Positions 10,201 to 20,145 of a DNA stretch of 20,145 nucleotides are shown here, one piece after another. The stretch lies in the NCBI GenBank assembly GCA_000934665.2, contig JYFJ02001358.1:62001-82145 (forward strand), given 5' to 3'. The notes under the pieces were generated by a model. That model did not search any database. It had not been told where the DNA came from and saw nothing but the letters and a program-made list of their open reading frames with translations. This DNA comes from Catajapyx aquilonaris. Lineage: Eukaryota. Within the stretch, counting starts at the first letter, position 1. Each line of letters opens with the position of its first letter. A program made the translations under genes and the position numbers.

Positions 10201-10861
10201 GAACAGTCTCCATGAAACCATGGTTTGTTGGTTGTTCCTTGGGAGGTAGGCATGGAAACGATTGTCATTGATGCTGTGTGGTTACCACGGTGGAGGTTAC
10301 TAGGGTGACTGAGGGAAGTTGTGTGGAATGCATGGAGCATCATCTGTCCCGTGGAAAGGTTGGCAGAGGGGAATAACGGCAGCTTGAACTTCTCTTTCAG
10401 GCGAGGAGGTGGTGCGGGTGGTGCTGTACCGACAGGATTTGCTGAAGGTGCTGGTCCACCTGGGCCGCAGCCTGCCAGTGATATTTGTGTACGTGGGTCC
10501 AGAGTGCGCTCGGCGGGTGTGCCAGCACCTGTGCATGACGCGAGGCAGCGAGCCCTTCTTCGACCCAAGCAGCTCAAACAACACTTTCAGGCGAGTGACC
10601 CTCCTACCTGACATCCTGAGGGAGGACGATAAGCGAATCCTGCGCAGCCTCTTTTCTGAACCTGTGAACCTGATAGACGAACTGGACCAGAGTGAGGCCA
10701 ACGAGATCTTGGTCAGGTCATCTCCTAGAGAGACTGCTGGGGGAAGGGGGTCGGGAGGGGGCAGCACAGGCACAACCGCAGGGACAATTCTCATCCACAC
10801 CCACACTGGACACGGTTCACAGGTGGTCAGGATGTCACTCACAAGTCCTCATCACCAGTGA
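7230..10861 (+). pseudogene. SENP6/7-like SUMO protease partial paralog, copy 1 (N-terminal/middle exons only, no Ulp1 catalytic domain seen)
   Basis: Exon-like blocks: ~7230-7430; CxxC-CxxC exon twice (7533-~7842 and ~7943-8337, donor GTGAGT at 8338); 9770-10126 (EPIIFSDSEEE; CRSVRIGSYKV); 10401-10861 (DLLKVLVHLGRSLPVIF...FFDP...RRVTLLP...EANEILVRSSP, then stop). These motifs match the pre-catalytic region of arthropod SENP6/7 as I recall it. Whether it is expressed or a pseudogene is unresolved. Confidence 0.7.
7432..8264 (+). repeat. Tandem duplication (~410 bp unit) covering intron plus Cys-cluster exon
   Basis: Units ~7432-7842 and ~7843-8264 both read ...CACTGTACGTTGT...GCGCACTTTTGATAGGCTCAGG...CCCAAGAGGAGCTGAA...TGACTCAAAGGACC.TGTTCACC. 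Confidence 0.88.
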
Positions 10862-10871
10862 CCTCTTCTGA

Positions 10872-11064
10872 AACAGGACCCCTGAACAGTACAATACCTG
10901 GTTGAGAGCATGCTGCGAAGGTTATTGGAAGAGGTGGTATGGAGAAAAGGAGGCTGGACCCACTATTAAAAAGGATTAAGTTATGCCGCAATGATTCTCA
11001 TTTCCTGAACCATCCCAGATTCAAAGAGGGGAATATTTTTTTTTAAAGGACAGCTTCCCATTTG
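10872..11064 (+). repeat. Degenerate duplicate of the Tc1-derived gene 3' end and downstream flank (copy of 6897-7087)
   Basis: AACAGGACCCCT...TACCTGGTTGAGAGCATG...GGAAGAGGTGGTA.GGAGAAAAGGAGGCTGGA.CCACTATTAAAA...GATTCTCATTTCCTGAACCATCC...GCTTCCCATTTG is shared, with substitutions and small indels. Confidence 0.9.
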
Positions 11065-12146
11065 CTCTACTAGAATTTTCCTAGGTGACCGTAAAATCTT
11101 AATCGTGAGTTCCAGCTAAACAGTTACAATAGTTATCAAAAGATTGATAAGTACATAATCAATCAAAATCTCATGCTCTTTAACTCTGAGTATTTAAAAA
11201 ATAAAGCAATAATACTTGATTTGGTTTTGCAGCCATTTTTTCAAAGATAGTGACTGTAACAGGTAGGAAATCATGCTAAGTAACAAGTCCATTTTGTAAC
11301 TTTTAGCAGCCTTAAAAACTTCCCACAAACAGATCCAAATTGACATTAACCCTTCGACAGCGGAGTTTTTGCAGCCCTCATCAAATGGTTAAAACGACTA
11401 TTTTGAACAGTAATTCAGAAGAGGGTAGTAACTGTCTTTGTCACATGGATTGTGGCTATCGTTTTCTAAATGAGGAATTTAATGCTCTATAAATTTCATG
11501 AAATGAGCTTGGCACAATAATGGGCATCACACTAATGTGGGAGCCATTTGTATGGTTCCATTCAAAGAGCCAGTGGCTGTTTCTGGCATTTAACAGATAC
11601 TTGCCCTAATGTATTAGCAGCTCTTGGTTAGTCAGAGAGACGGAAATATTCCACCCCGTGTCTGAATAGTGGTGTAACTTTGATACAATTGACTGAAACC
11701 TGTGGAATAGAAATGCAAGCATGTACTGATTATTACATTACGTAGTTGCAACGTACACAATTAATTTCAAGTCATTATTGTCACAAATGCCATCACTGTA
11801 GGAGTGTCAAATGCGGCCAAATGTCTTGGGAGTTGTTTTCTAGAAATGTTAAGGATGCACATCCATTCGATTGATTTCTTTATTTCTTATTCTGGGACCC
11901 AAGGCTTTGAAACTTGGATTTGGTCACCTGGAAGGGATTCTAGCCACGCTTATTTCATACTGTACAATTTGTTGCCGTCAAAGAGACACCCAGGCATTAT
12001 TATTGTTTGGCACTCGATATTTCCCTCTTCACAATGGACTAATGCATTTGTGACGTGAGCGTCTCCTGGCTACCCTATACAGAATTGGACGTGTTTTTGA
12101 TCCGCTCCTGCTATCCTAGTTCAGGAATCTGCATGTGACTCCGCCA

Positions 12147-12420
12147 TTATTTGGTCGAGTTCGAGGACATTAGTTCGTGTAAGGGACGGTCCCATGGTAG
12201 CCATTACACCTTGATCATACCTAAGGACATGGCGATCACATTGGAGACTTTGAAGATCGATCTAAGAGCAATGCTCCAAAAGGACACCCAGGTCTGTGTT
12301 ACCAAGTTGGAGGAGAAGGTGGCAACCACCCGGAGAGAAGTCACCGACCTCGGCTGGGTTCGAACCCACAACCTTGGGACCAGAGGCGAGCGCGCTATAA
12401 CCACCGGCGTCGGCTAACCT
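12147..12420 (-). mobile_element. tRNA-derived SINE-like element
   Basis: The minus strand reads GGTGGTTATAGCGCGCTCGCCTCTGGTCCCAAGGTTGTGGGTTCGAACCCAGCCGAGGTCG: a degenerate A box and a B box (GGTTCGAACCC, ~12356-12367). I could not fold a full cloverleaf. The 3' boundary is approximate. Confidence 0.6.
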
Positions 12421-15399
12421 ATAGAGCTGTGGGTCATCACCCAACTTCTACTGCTGTTCCTATTGTTTCGGGGCCAGAATAAGTCCTGGAGCGGCCAAAG
12501 CTGTAGGGCGTGATTTTTCTCCCGGTACGACGGTGTGTTCATTGAACATGGGTCTGCACAAGAAGAAAAACTACCCATCGCACCGAAAGAAAAGGTCCTC
12601 AAGGACGGGCCCTGCAGGCTTATTTATTTCGAAATAAGAAGCAGCAGCGCAGTCAACCAGCAGCAGTGTGCGACATGGAGAGCCGCAGCCAACCAACTCT
12701 TGACGACATTACACTACCGGCAGCGGAATCAGATTTACAAAATGTACTCGGGTAAGCTTCATCTTATATAGGCAACACATGTGACACATAAATACGATAA
12801 CCAGCATTATTATAACCAGCAGAAGCGGGATTTCAGTTCAAACGTTTAGTGAAAGTACATTTAAGGGATGGGCAATCACTTCCCTCCAGTTCCTTTCCAA
12901 CTCTGCTGCTGTGCATATAGGAATTATGACAAAGTCTCGACCGACACAATAAAGACGAGCTGGACATGATTGCTTTGCATTAAAAATTTGAAAGTAGGAA
13001 TGTGACCAACTACAATTCATTCAATTATTCATCAGGTTGGAATTAATTCCGAATTAATTGACAGAGTCATGAAAGAATAATGAGTCAATAATACCCACAT
13101 GATGAGAACAGTGTTTGTGAGAAAAGGGGGCTTTGAAGGTCAGCATACCTATGGGTCATTCCATGTCAATACACACACAGACAAGTTGGTGGCCCTGGCA
13201 TCTCGGACTTTGATATAAAAATAATCATGTGCCTACACATACACATGAGCTGTTGCTAAAGACGAAATTAGAGCCACCCAGGTGAAAACCCCACGGAGAT
13301 ATAATGTCAACGCAACAATGCAGCCGGACTTGACAATAATTTATTTCAGGTAGAGTTCTTGTTGTAACCCCGCGTGATCACATATCGACATTTTTGCGAT
13401 AGAGCGGACATGAAGCGACGATAATTTTTTCCGTTGAATACCGCATTTGATCGCACCAATCGGATGCTCAACATCTCTACTAAACAATGCCAACCTTGGC
13501 CAGTGTTGCTGTTCTTTGGCACCAGCTGCTCATACGTTCAACATAACTGTGCTCGCCAAAGGCCTTTTGGTGTCTGGGGACACGCGCGGCTTATTTTGGC
13601 GCCTCTGTAAGCATTGCCATTCATTCGATCACTTCTCAAGTGTGTCTGTTGGATGCAGCTTGATGTCCTCTTTCGATTGGTGTGCTTAAATTGTCGGAGG
13701 GTGATCTCTGTGTGCTTCAGTTTCAGTAACTAACCAGAGTCATCCGAAAGCTTTGGTTCGTTACCAAAAATTACCAAAAAATTCCTGTACACACCTTATG
13801 CCAATGATTTGGAGCGTCAAACTTGGAAACCTCTGTGGGAGTCGCGTAATACATCAGTGTCCCAAGATTCAGCACAATTCCATACCTCCATGTATTTATT
13901 TGGACGGTATAACGAACCAAGCCATTTTCCTGATGCCGCCGAGCGTGCTCCCTCAGATCTCGGCTCGGATAATAATAAGCAATAATCCACGCCCAATAAT
14001 GCAGAAATTGTTATGCAATGGTTTTCAATGGCGCTGATTTCAGATCCGATGTCAGAAATTCAAAAATCAAAGTGGTTGATCCAATATGGCAGACAGCATG
14101 TGCAGAGAATTGGACAGATATACACAGTATTAGCGTCAAAATTAGTTTACGGCGGCTTTATAGGGCTCTGATTTCAAATTCAATGAACGTTGAGAAGAAC
14201 CAAAGACTATAATAGCTGCCTCCACCTGCCACCTTGACCGCTACAGAGACAATTATTAGTGTGTAAAGGGAAGTTATATGAGCAGGTAGAAAAGCGTGGT
14301 CCGAAAGGGTGCATATATGACTTAGCTGCTTAGATACATGTGTGCGAGTGCATGCGAGTGCGGTAGAGGTTGTTAATTTATGTTCATACAATAATAAATT
14401 GTTTTTTTGTTTTTTTTTTAATTGCAAAGGTATGGGAATATGTTGAGCTGGGCAAATGCATCGCACTGGCAATATAAGACCGAAGCGATTGAAAATATGG
14501 TGGGCACGCGGTAGGCCGCATCAGGCCTAGAAAAGAGCGAGCGAAGCGAGTGGTTTTGTAGGCCAAGCGCCCTAGGAAATTGCGAGCGGAGCGATGAGGG
14601 TTTTCCTATCCAAGAGAGAGTGATTTAGTGGAGGCGGTACGTTCGAGATTCCATAAAAAAAAGCGGCAAATCGTGATAAAAGCAAGCCGCTTTGCAGGAT
14701 TGTAGTTTAGACCAAAATAAGCGATTTTGCCCGTGGCGCCATCATCTTTTTCGTCCCTTAGGACCCAAGATGGCGGCCGGTTTTCAAAAAACGTAAAAAA
14801 TTCTGTAACAAAGCGGCAAATTACTATAACGGCAAGCCACTTTGTAGGAATATTGTCTACACACCAAGGACCGATTTCCCCCGTAGCGCCATCTTTTTTA
14901 ACCCTTAGATCCAAGATGGCGACCGATTTTCCAAAATGGCTGGGAAAATTTGAAAATAATCTTACTTAGTCGTGTAAGGTGTCGTTTAGGTGAAATTATG
15001 TGCTTCTGAAACTAAATCAACCATCGTGAAATGGATCCAATCTACCATTACGGCTCCATCGACAGCATTTTAAAAACTTAGGCCTACTGCAAATTGGGAG
15101 AGGTCTGTGCTGCCTCGAAATAAAAACCTCTTGGGTATGGCATTTATTTCCGACTACTCTTGGCATTTTGAGGCTAAATGTGACATCAGCAAAAGTTGTT
15201 TGAAGGAATTTAATCTCCTTAAATTTAATTTAATTCGCCTTATAATAAACACAAACACACACCCACACACACACCCACCCAAGCTTTATATTCATGTGTC
15301 CCCTAGAGAAGTCTTGATTTTCCTTTTCATGAGTCCTGGAACAATTATTTAATCCGCAGTTTTTATTGCCATGTGTCAATAGATAAACGTACATTCATA

Positions 15400-15938
15400 C
15401 CTTTTGTTTGAACATTCACCCTTGCAGTTCTTGCAGCCAGGTGTGCAAAGCAGCTGAGCTGCATGGCAGGGGCACCGAAGGGTTTGGCAGGCTGTCCTGC
15501 ATTTGCACAGATCTAGGGCTCTGCCTGACTCCCAAATGCTTGGGAGGGTGGTCCATATGGGCTCCCATCCACTTGATTGTAAGGTCTACCCCGATGACGA
15601 GGGATCCGGAGGAGGATCTCCATGAAAGATGAAGAGACCTGCCCCACACCTGACCAGCCTGGTATGCTGCTCGTAGCAATGCTGATGGAGTGCATCTGAA
15701 GTTGGCGGCATCAGGTAGAGGGGTTTGTTCTCCCCGACGAACATATCCCTCCTGAGCATGTCCACGCTTGTGTGCTTGCACTTTCCACCGTACATAATCG
15801 CATTAAAATGTTCTAGTGCATGAATGGTATTTGCAGACAGTTTGTCAGTAGTCACGATAGCTTGAAATGCTTCAGTGGCTTATTCCCCAGACGCTCTCCA
15901 TGCCCTGAATGCAGAGTTCTTGCCCTTTCCTGAGAAAT
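15400..15938 (-). pseudogene. Academ-type transposase C-terminal remnant (end of XPG-like domain plus Cys-rich finger)
   Basis: FSGKGKNSAFRAWRASGE*ATEAF...LMPPTSDALHQH/LLRAAYQAGQVW/PPDPSSSG*TLQSSGWEPIWTTLP...CKCRTACQTLRCPCHAAQLLCTPGCKNCKGEC. It contains two in-frame stops and compensating frameshifts. Confidence 0.8.
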
Positions 15939-15940
15939 CC

Positions 15941-16234
15941 TTTATTTTATTTTCCAATTTTTCTTTTAACTTCCACTCCGGTACAAGGAATCAAGGAATT
16001 TGGGTAAGGATAGGGATTTTTCGGGGAGGGGACACGGGTGCAGGTGCAATGCCGTTAAATGGGTCATGTGCTCATGTGCAGTCCCCCAGGAGGTTAGGTT
16101 GCCAGACACCTCCTTGGTGCAGGTCAGACACCCTCCTGACGCAGGTGAAAGGAAAGTTCCCCAGGCGGGGATCGAACCTGGGGCTTTTCACTCAGCAAGC
16201 CGAGACGTTACAATCTCGGCCACCACACCTCCCC
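15941..16234 (-). mobile_element. tRNA-derived SINE nested in the Academ element
   Basis: Minus-strand head GGTGTGGTGGCCGAGATTGTAACG (A box) ... GGTTCGATCCC (B box, 16168-16178), a unique body, and an A-rich tail (plus-strand T-rich 15941-15967). Confidence 0.7.
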
Positions 16235-16235
16235 T

Positions 16236-16379
16236 GTAATGGCACATGTACTCGGAGAGAAGAAATCTGCTGCGCTTAGAGGATTCCACGCCAACTCCGG
16301 TTGTGATGACACTGTGTCATATTTCTCAGGAAAGGGCAAGAACTCTGCATTCAGGGCATGGAGAGCGTCTGGGGAATAG
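16236..16379 (+). pseudogene. Inverted fragment of the same Academ transposase (H3TH motif of XPG/FEN1-like domain)
   Basis: VMAHVLGEKKSAALRGFHANSGCDDTVSYFSGKGKNSAFRAWRASGE*. Positions 16321-16384 are the reverse complement of 15875-15938 (63/64 identical). Confidence 0.8.
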
Positions 16380-16779
16380 GCCACGGTCGCCATCTTGGAT
16401 CTAAGGGTTAAAAAAGATGGCGCTACGGGGGAAATCGGTCCTTGGTGTGTAGACAATATTCCTACAAAGTGGCTTGCCGTTATAGTAATTTGCCGCTTTG
16501 TTACAGAATTTTTTACGTTTTTTTGAAAACCGGCCGCCATCTTGGGTCCTAAGGGACGAAAAAGATGATGGCGCCACGGGCAAAATCGCTTATTTTGGTC
16601 TAAACTACAATCCTGCAAAGCGGCTTGCTTTTATCACGATTTGCCGCTTTTTTTTGGCGTACCTCCTGCACTAATTCCCCCGCCAGCAGCCCCAGCAGCC
16701 CCACATGATGATGCCCACATGTTTGGGCCCCGCCACGAGCATCAGTGGGACTCTCGACTCTCGAGTGTCACGCATGCAG

Positions 16780-16920
16780 TCGTCTGTTTGTTACCCCTAT
16801 CTCCAGCATTGCGTTGAAGGCCATCATTCTCTCCAAGGGCCACCTGGACGATGAGCGGCTTCCAGTGAGTTGGTTCTTCGTCAAGCGATGGCCATCATAT
16901 AACCCCTCTACACGTGGGCT
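16780..16920 (-). pseudogene. Possible decayed piggyBac-type transposase fragment
   Basis: TGSRSSSRWPLERMMAFNAMLEIGVTN resembles the piggyBac SRRTRRWP...F..MLDI...N segment after the last catalytic Asp. The GGVD motif is not recognisable. Confidence 0.35.
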
Positions 16921-17030
16921 TGCCCACACCTCTTCCTCTTCTGCAGATCTTGGCCTGGATGGCAAATCATGCGTGTGGCACTTGACATATGATATTACAA
17001 CACCTGTACTTCTTGTGTTATTGCAGGAAC

Positions 17031-20000
17031 ATGTCACAGGCAGTGACCATCAGGATAAAGAAGGAGGTGAAGGAGGAGGAAGAAGAAGGAACAATCACAG
17101 TGGATGAGGAGAGTTGGAGGATGCATGTCAATCAGGATGCCCCTTATTCCCCGTGGTTTATTGCTCATGGTGCAAAACATGTAGAGGACACGCTTTGTCA
17201 GATCAAGGAGGAGGAGCCAGCAGAGGAGGAGGAGGAGGAGATGGTGGTGGTGGGCATGTCCATCGGGGAGGTCCAAGACGACCCTTTGGCTTCTGGAAGG
17301 ATTTCTGAAGTGAGCAATATGCTGGAAACTCATTGCCATGTTATTCACACTCAGGTCGCACCACCACACTATATATTATCGTATAACACGCAGTTTTTTT
17401 GGTCCATGGGAATTCATTGCTATTTCTGTGCTCTACGCTGCTTGTGACCCGGGATTCTGTCTGAACTCTGTTTTTGACCTTGGGCCAGTCAAAAAGCATC
17501 ATTCTTTGAAACATTGGGGCCATGTCAGAGAATATGACAGACATTTTTTCCAAGATATATCACTAACATTCAGGGACCAAAGATCCTGGGCATGTGACTG
17601 ATGGAATGCCATCTGCTGATACCCACTCTAGACGTTTTTGGGCCTAGTTCAAATCTTTCGCTTACCTGAGGTTGTTACGACAACGATATAAGGGAACGGA
17701 GGATATAGGGAGGAGTGTCTGGGACGGGTGGGGATGACCCCTCCCACTGGGCCTGGAGGATCCCAGGCCAACTGGAGGCCGCTGGACCAGGGCGTGAGGA
17801 AGAGGAGGACCAGCACCAGACAAAAGGAGCAGGATATGGGATGGGGGGCCAGCAAAGAGGCACAGGAGGAGGATAAGCCTAAGCCGGATGATATGGGGAA
17901 GGGAAAGTATGTATCCTGCAGGCATAGGCTAGAAGGGTTCGACACCCTAGATGGGGATAGACAGGTTGGACGCAGATTGGAACGCCAGGAGAAGCCCATG
18001 CCCACATTGAGGGTCACGTTTAAGGAACAGGTGCAGAGAGAGTCATACGCACTGGTCCATTGCAGCACTGGTCGATACGCCATGTTTTGAATCAATAGTC
18101 ATGCCGCATATTTCTTTCCAGCCCCAAGAGGATCTGAAGACTATACCGGGGAAGCTAGCCCTATGCCTGTTCTGCGGTATTCAGAGTAGCATTGTCAATC
18201 GGTGCCAGCGATGTCGGCGGAAACTGCCGGATGATGTGAAACTGTTGGATGAGAAGGAGGGCCAGAAGGGGATGCATCCTGGGGTCAGCTACGTCATGTC
18301 CCAGCAACAGAACAGGGTTGGGCAGAACTCACTGTCTGGATCGCCCACACCTATAGTGGTCACCTCTAACACCACTATTCCGGGAGGAGCAGCCACGCTC
18401 CGGTTTGCCAAGGAGCGATTTTACCCAAAGGACCAGAGAGCAGTGCATGTTCACCTCAACGTGGCCTCGCCACAGGGGGGAAGGCCCCAGAGGGGGGGAA
18501 GGCAGCGGAGAGTCTTTGACGAACCAGGTGAGTCCGCATGGTCAACTTGTTCCCATGGCTTGTGGCTTGCTTTTCAAACACTGCAGCCCTCCCCACTTCC
18601 TGATCTATTGGTATTTCCTTGCCACAGAATATTTGGACTTATTCTGCCCCATTCTTTGGGAAGGTGGCTATTTCATACTACATACTAGAAAAACCGTCGC
18701 TACACTTGCATTTTTCTATGGCCCAGGTGTAGAAGATCACTGGCTTTGTTCGCTTTTTTCTAGGCCTGCGGCATGTTACCATAGTGCAAGCCACTCGTGC
18801 CACTCCCAAAATAGATCAGGAGCATTGGCATTTGCTTGCCAAGAGATAAACAGACAGAGTCATGGCATTTTGAAAGACTTCTGATGAATTTAGTGATGCG
18901 GAAAGGATCAGACACAACTCAAGAGTTGCCGAGGAACACGTCAGTTTATCAGTAGTCATTCCGTCCTCGCCTCGTGCCAAATGTTGATTGGACCTGAAAT
19001 TATGTGGCCAAATAATGTGATCACTAATTTTGAAATGTGCATAATGTATTTCTGTTGAATGTTTGCATAGTTTGGCAAAATTCTGCTGCAAATGTGTTGG
19101 GTGATTTGCCTGCCGCTTTGTTCTGTCCCGATCTGCATCGTTTCACTTGTTGCATCTCTGTAATAGCTGTTGTTATCCTTTGAATAGCCGGCCAACAAGT
19201 ATTGAACCCAGAGTCGAACTGGCGGCACGAGAAGGAGCCCATCATCTACTCAGACTCGGAGGAGGAGAGCAAGAGTTCCATCGAGGGAGGCGGGAGAGGG
19301 GACCAGTGCAACAACCACACTGCAGCAGCATCGGCCGTGTCCGTTCAACCACCACCCCTGCCCTTGCAGCAGCCTCCCTCCAACCTGCCAACCATCAACG
19401 CCAGCGACATGGACACCACTGACGGGAACTTCACCAGGATTAAATGCCGCGGCGTCAGGATTGGGTCGTACAAGGCCATGCCTCTCGACAAGGTCCTCTT
19501 CAGCACCACTGCCATTCAAATCACTGTCCCTGGGATTAAAAACAGTGAGTTTAAATACGTCCCAAGTCTTGGTAACCAGAATTACCCCCGTCATGGTAAC
19601 CACACTGGAACAGTCTCCATGAAACCATGGTTTGTTGGTTGTTCCTTGGGAGGTAGGCATGGAAACGATTGTCGTTGTTGTTGTGTGGTTACCACGGTGG
19701 AGGTTACTATGGTGACTGAGGGAACTTGTGTGGAATGCATGGAGCATCATCTGTTCCGTGGAAAGGTTGGCAGAGGGACATAACGGCGTGAACTTCTCTT
19801 TCAGGCGAGGAGGTGGTGCGGGTGGTGCTGTACCGACAGGATTTGCTGAAGGTGCTGGTCCACCTGGGCCGCAGCCTGCCAGTGATATTTGTGTACGTGG
19901 GTCCAGAGTGTGCCCGGCGGGTGTGCCAGCAGCTGTGCATGACGCGAGGCAGCGAGCCCTTCTTCGACCCAAGCAGCTCAAACAACACGTTCAGGCGGGT

Positions 20001-20145
20001 GACCCTCCTCCCTGACATCCTGAGGGAGGAGGATAAGCGAATCCTGCGCAGCCTCTTTTCTGAACCTGTGAACCTGATAGACGAACTGGACCAGAGTGAG
20101 GCCAACGAGATCTTGGTCATGTCTTCTCCTAGAGAGACTGCCGGG
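17031..20145 (+). CDS. SENP6/7-like SUMO protease-related gene, copy 2 (3' end beyond the window)
   Basis: Phase-compatible model: 17031-17309 (donor GTGAGC), 18122-18527 (CLFCG...RCQRC, donor GTGAGT), 19188-19544 (EPIIYSDSEEE, CRGVRIGSYK, donor GTGAGT), 19805->20145 (open to the window end). An optional exon 17671-18030 is in phase but contains TAA at 17689-17691. Blocks of ~17670-20145 are closely similar to ~7205-10742. Confidence 0.7.

Larger units (their letters stand above)
14626..16673 (-). mobile_element. Non-autonomous Academ-type (XPG-encoding) DNA transposon, 2048 bp
   Basis: Termini TAGTGGAGGCGGTACG (from 14626) and CGTACCTCCTGCACTA (to 16673) are flanked by an identical ATT (14623-14625, 16674-16676). 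Long TIR arms 14655-14925 and 16384-16655 are identical except for one homopolymer indel. Internal XPG/H3TH-like and Cys-rich transposase remnants are present. Confidence 0.85.

Noticed and set aside
10173..10842. Long antisense/alternate-frame ORFs over GC-rich exons (also 4795-5238, 5156-5691, 19250-20120)
   Set aside because: They are shadows of the real coding exons, with no independent domain signal.
11346..11360. TTAACCCTTCGAC as a piggyBac left end
   Set aside because: No matching inverted end was found; the AGGGTTAA near 16403 belongs to the Academ TIR.
12340..12420. Bona fide tRNA genes here and at 16155-16230
   Set aside because: A/B boxes are present, but there is no convincing acceptor stem or cloverleaf; both are better explained as SINE heads.
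12640..12760. Possible upstream exon ending at GG|GTAAGC for SENP copy 2
   Set aside because: Only a donor-like motif supports it; it cannot be linked without transcript data.
13150..14200. Possible decayed DNA-transposon sequence (GGGTCATTCCATGTCAA start; GATCCAATATGGC motif)
   Set aside because: No partner TIR, TSD or recognisable protein could be established.
14480..14600. GCGAGCGAAGCGAG / GCGAGCGGAGCGA motifs (GCGAAGC mini-hairpin)
   Set aside because: These short motifs are common in repeat-derived DNA, and no boundaries or function can be supported.
1..20145. Prokaryotic systems such as CRISPR arrays, operons or rRNA
   Set aside because: There is no repeat-spacer array or operon structure; spliceosomal introns and eukaryotic gene families dominate.

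Overview
Eukaryotic genomic DNA, probably arthropod, with GC-rich exons and short 52-79 bp GT-AG introns; most track ORFs are exon fragments or shadows. From left to right: (1) a two-exon Ashwin/C2orf49-like gene (-). (2) An internally deleted Tc1/mariner-type element with 26-bp TIRs and a TA duplication. (3) A two-exon F-box/LRR gene (-). (4) Head-to-head with it, 209 bp away, a five-exon Tc1-transposase-derived gene (+). Its spliced ORF is fully open (349 aa), no TIRs are visible, and the DD34E triad reads D-G-34-Q, so it is a candidate domesticated, catalytically dead transposase. (5) Two paralogous copies of the non-catalytic N-terminal half of a SENP6/7-type SUMO protease. Copy 1 is bracketed by a duplicated piece of the Tc1-gene 3' end; copy 2 runs off the window. 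(6) Two tRNA-derived SINE-like elements. (7) A complete 2048-bp non-autonomous Academ-type DNA transposon with TAG...CTA ends, an ATT TSD, ~0.3-kb TIRs and rearranged XPG/Cys-rich remnants. Family assignments come from motif recognition by eye; no database searches were run.
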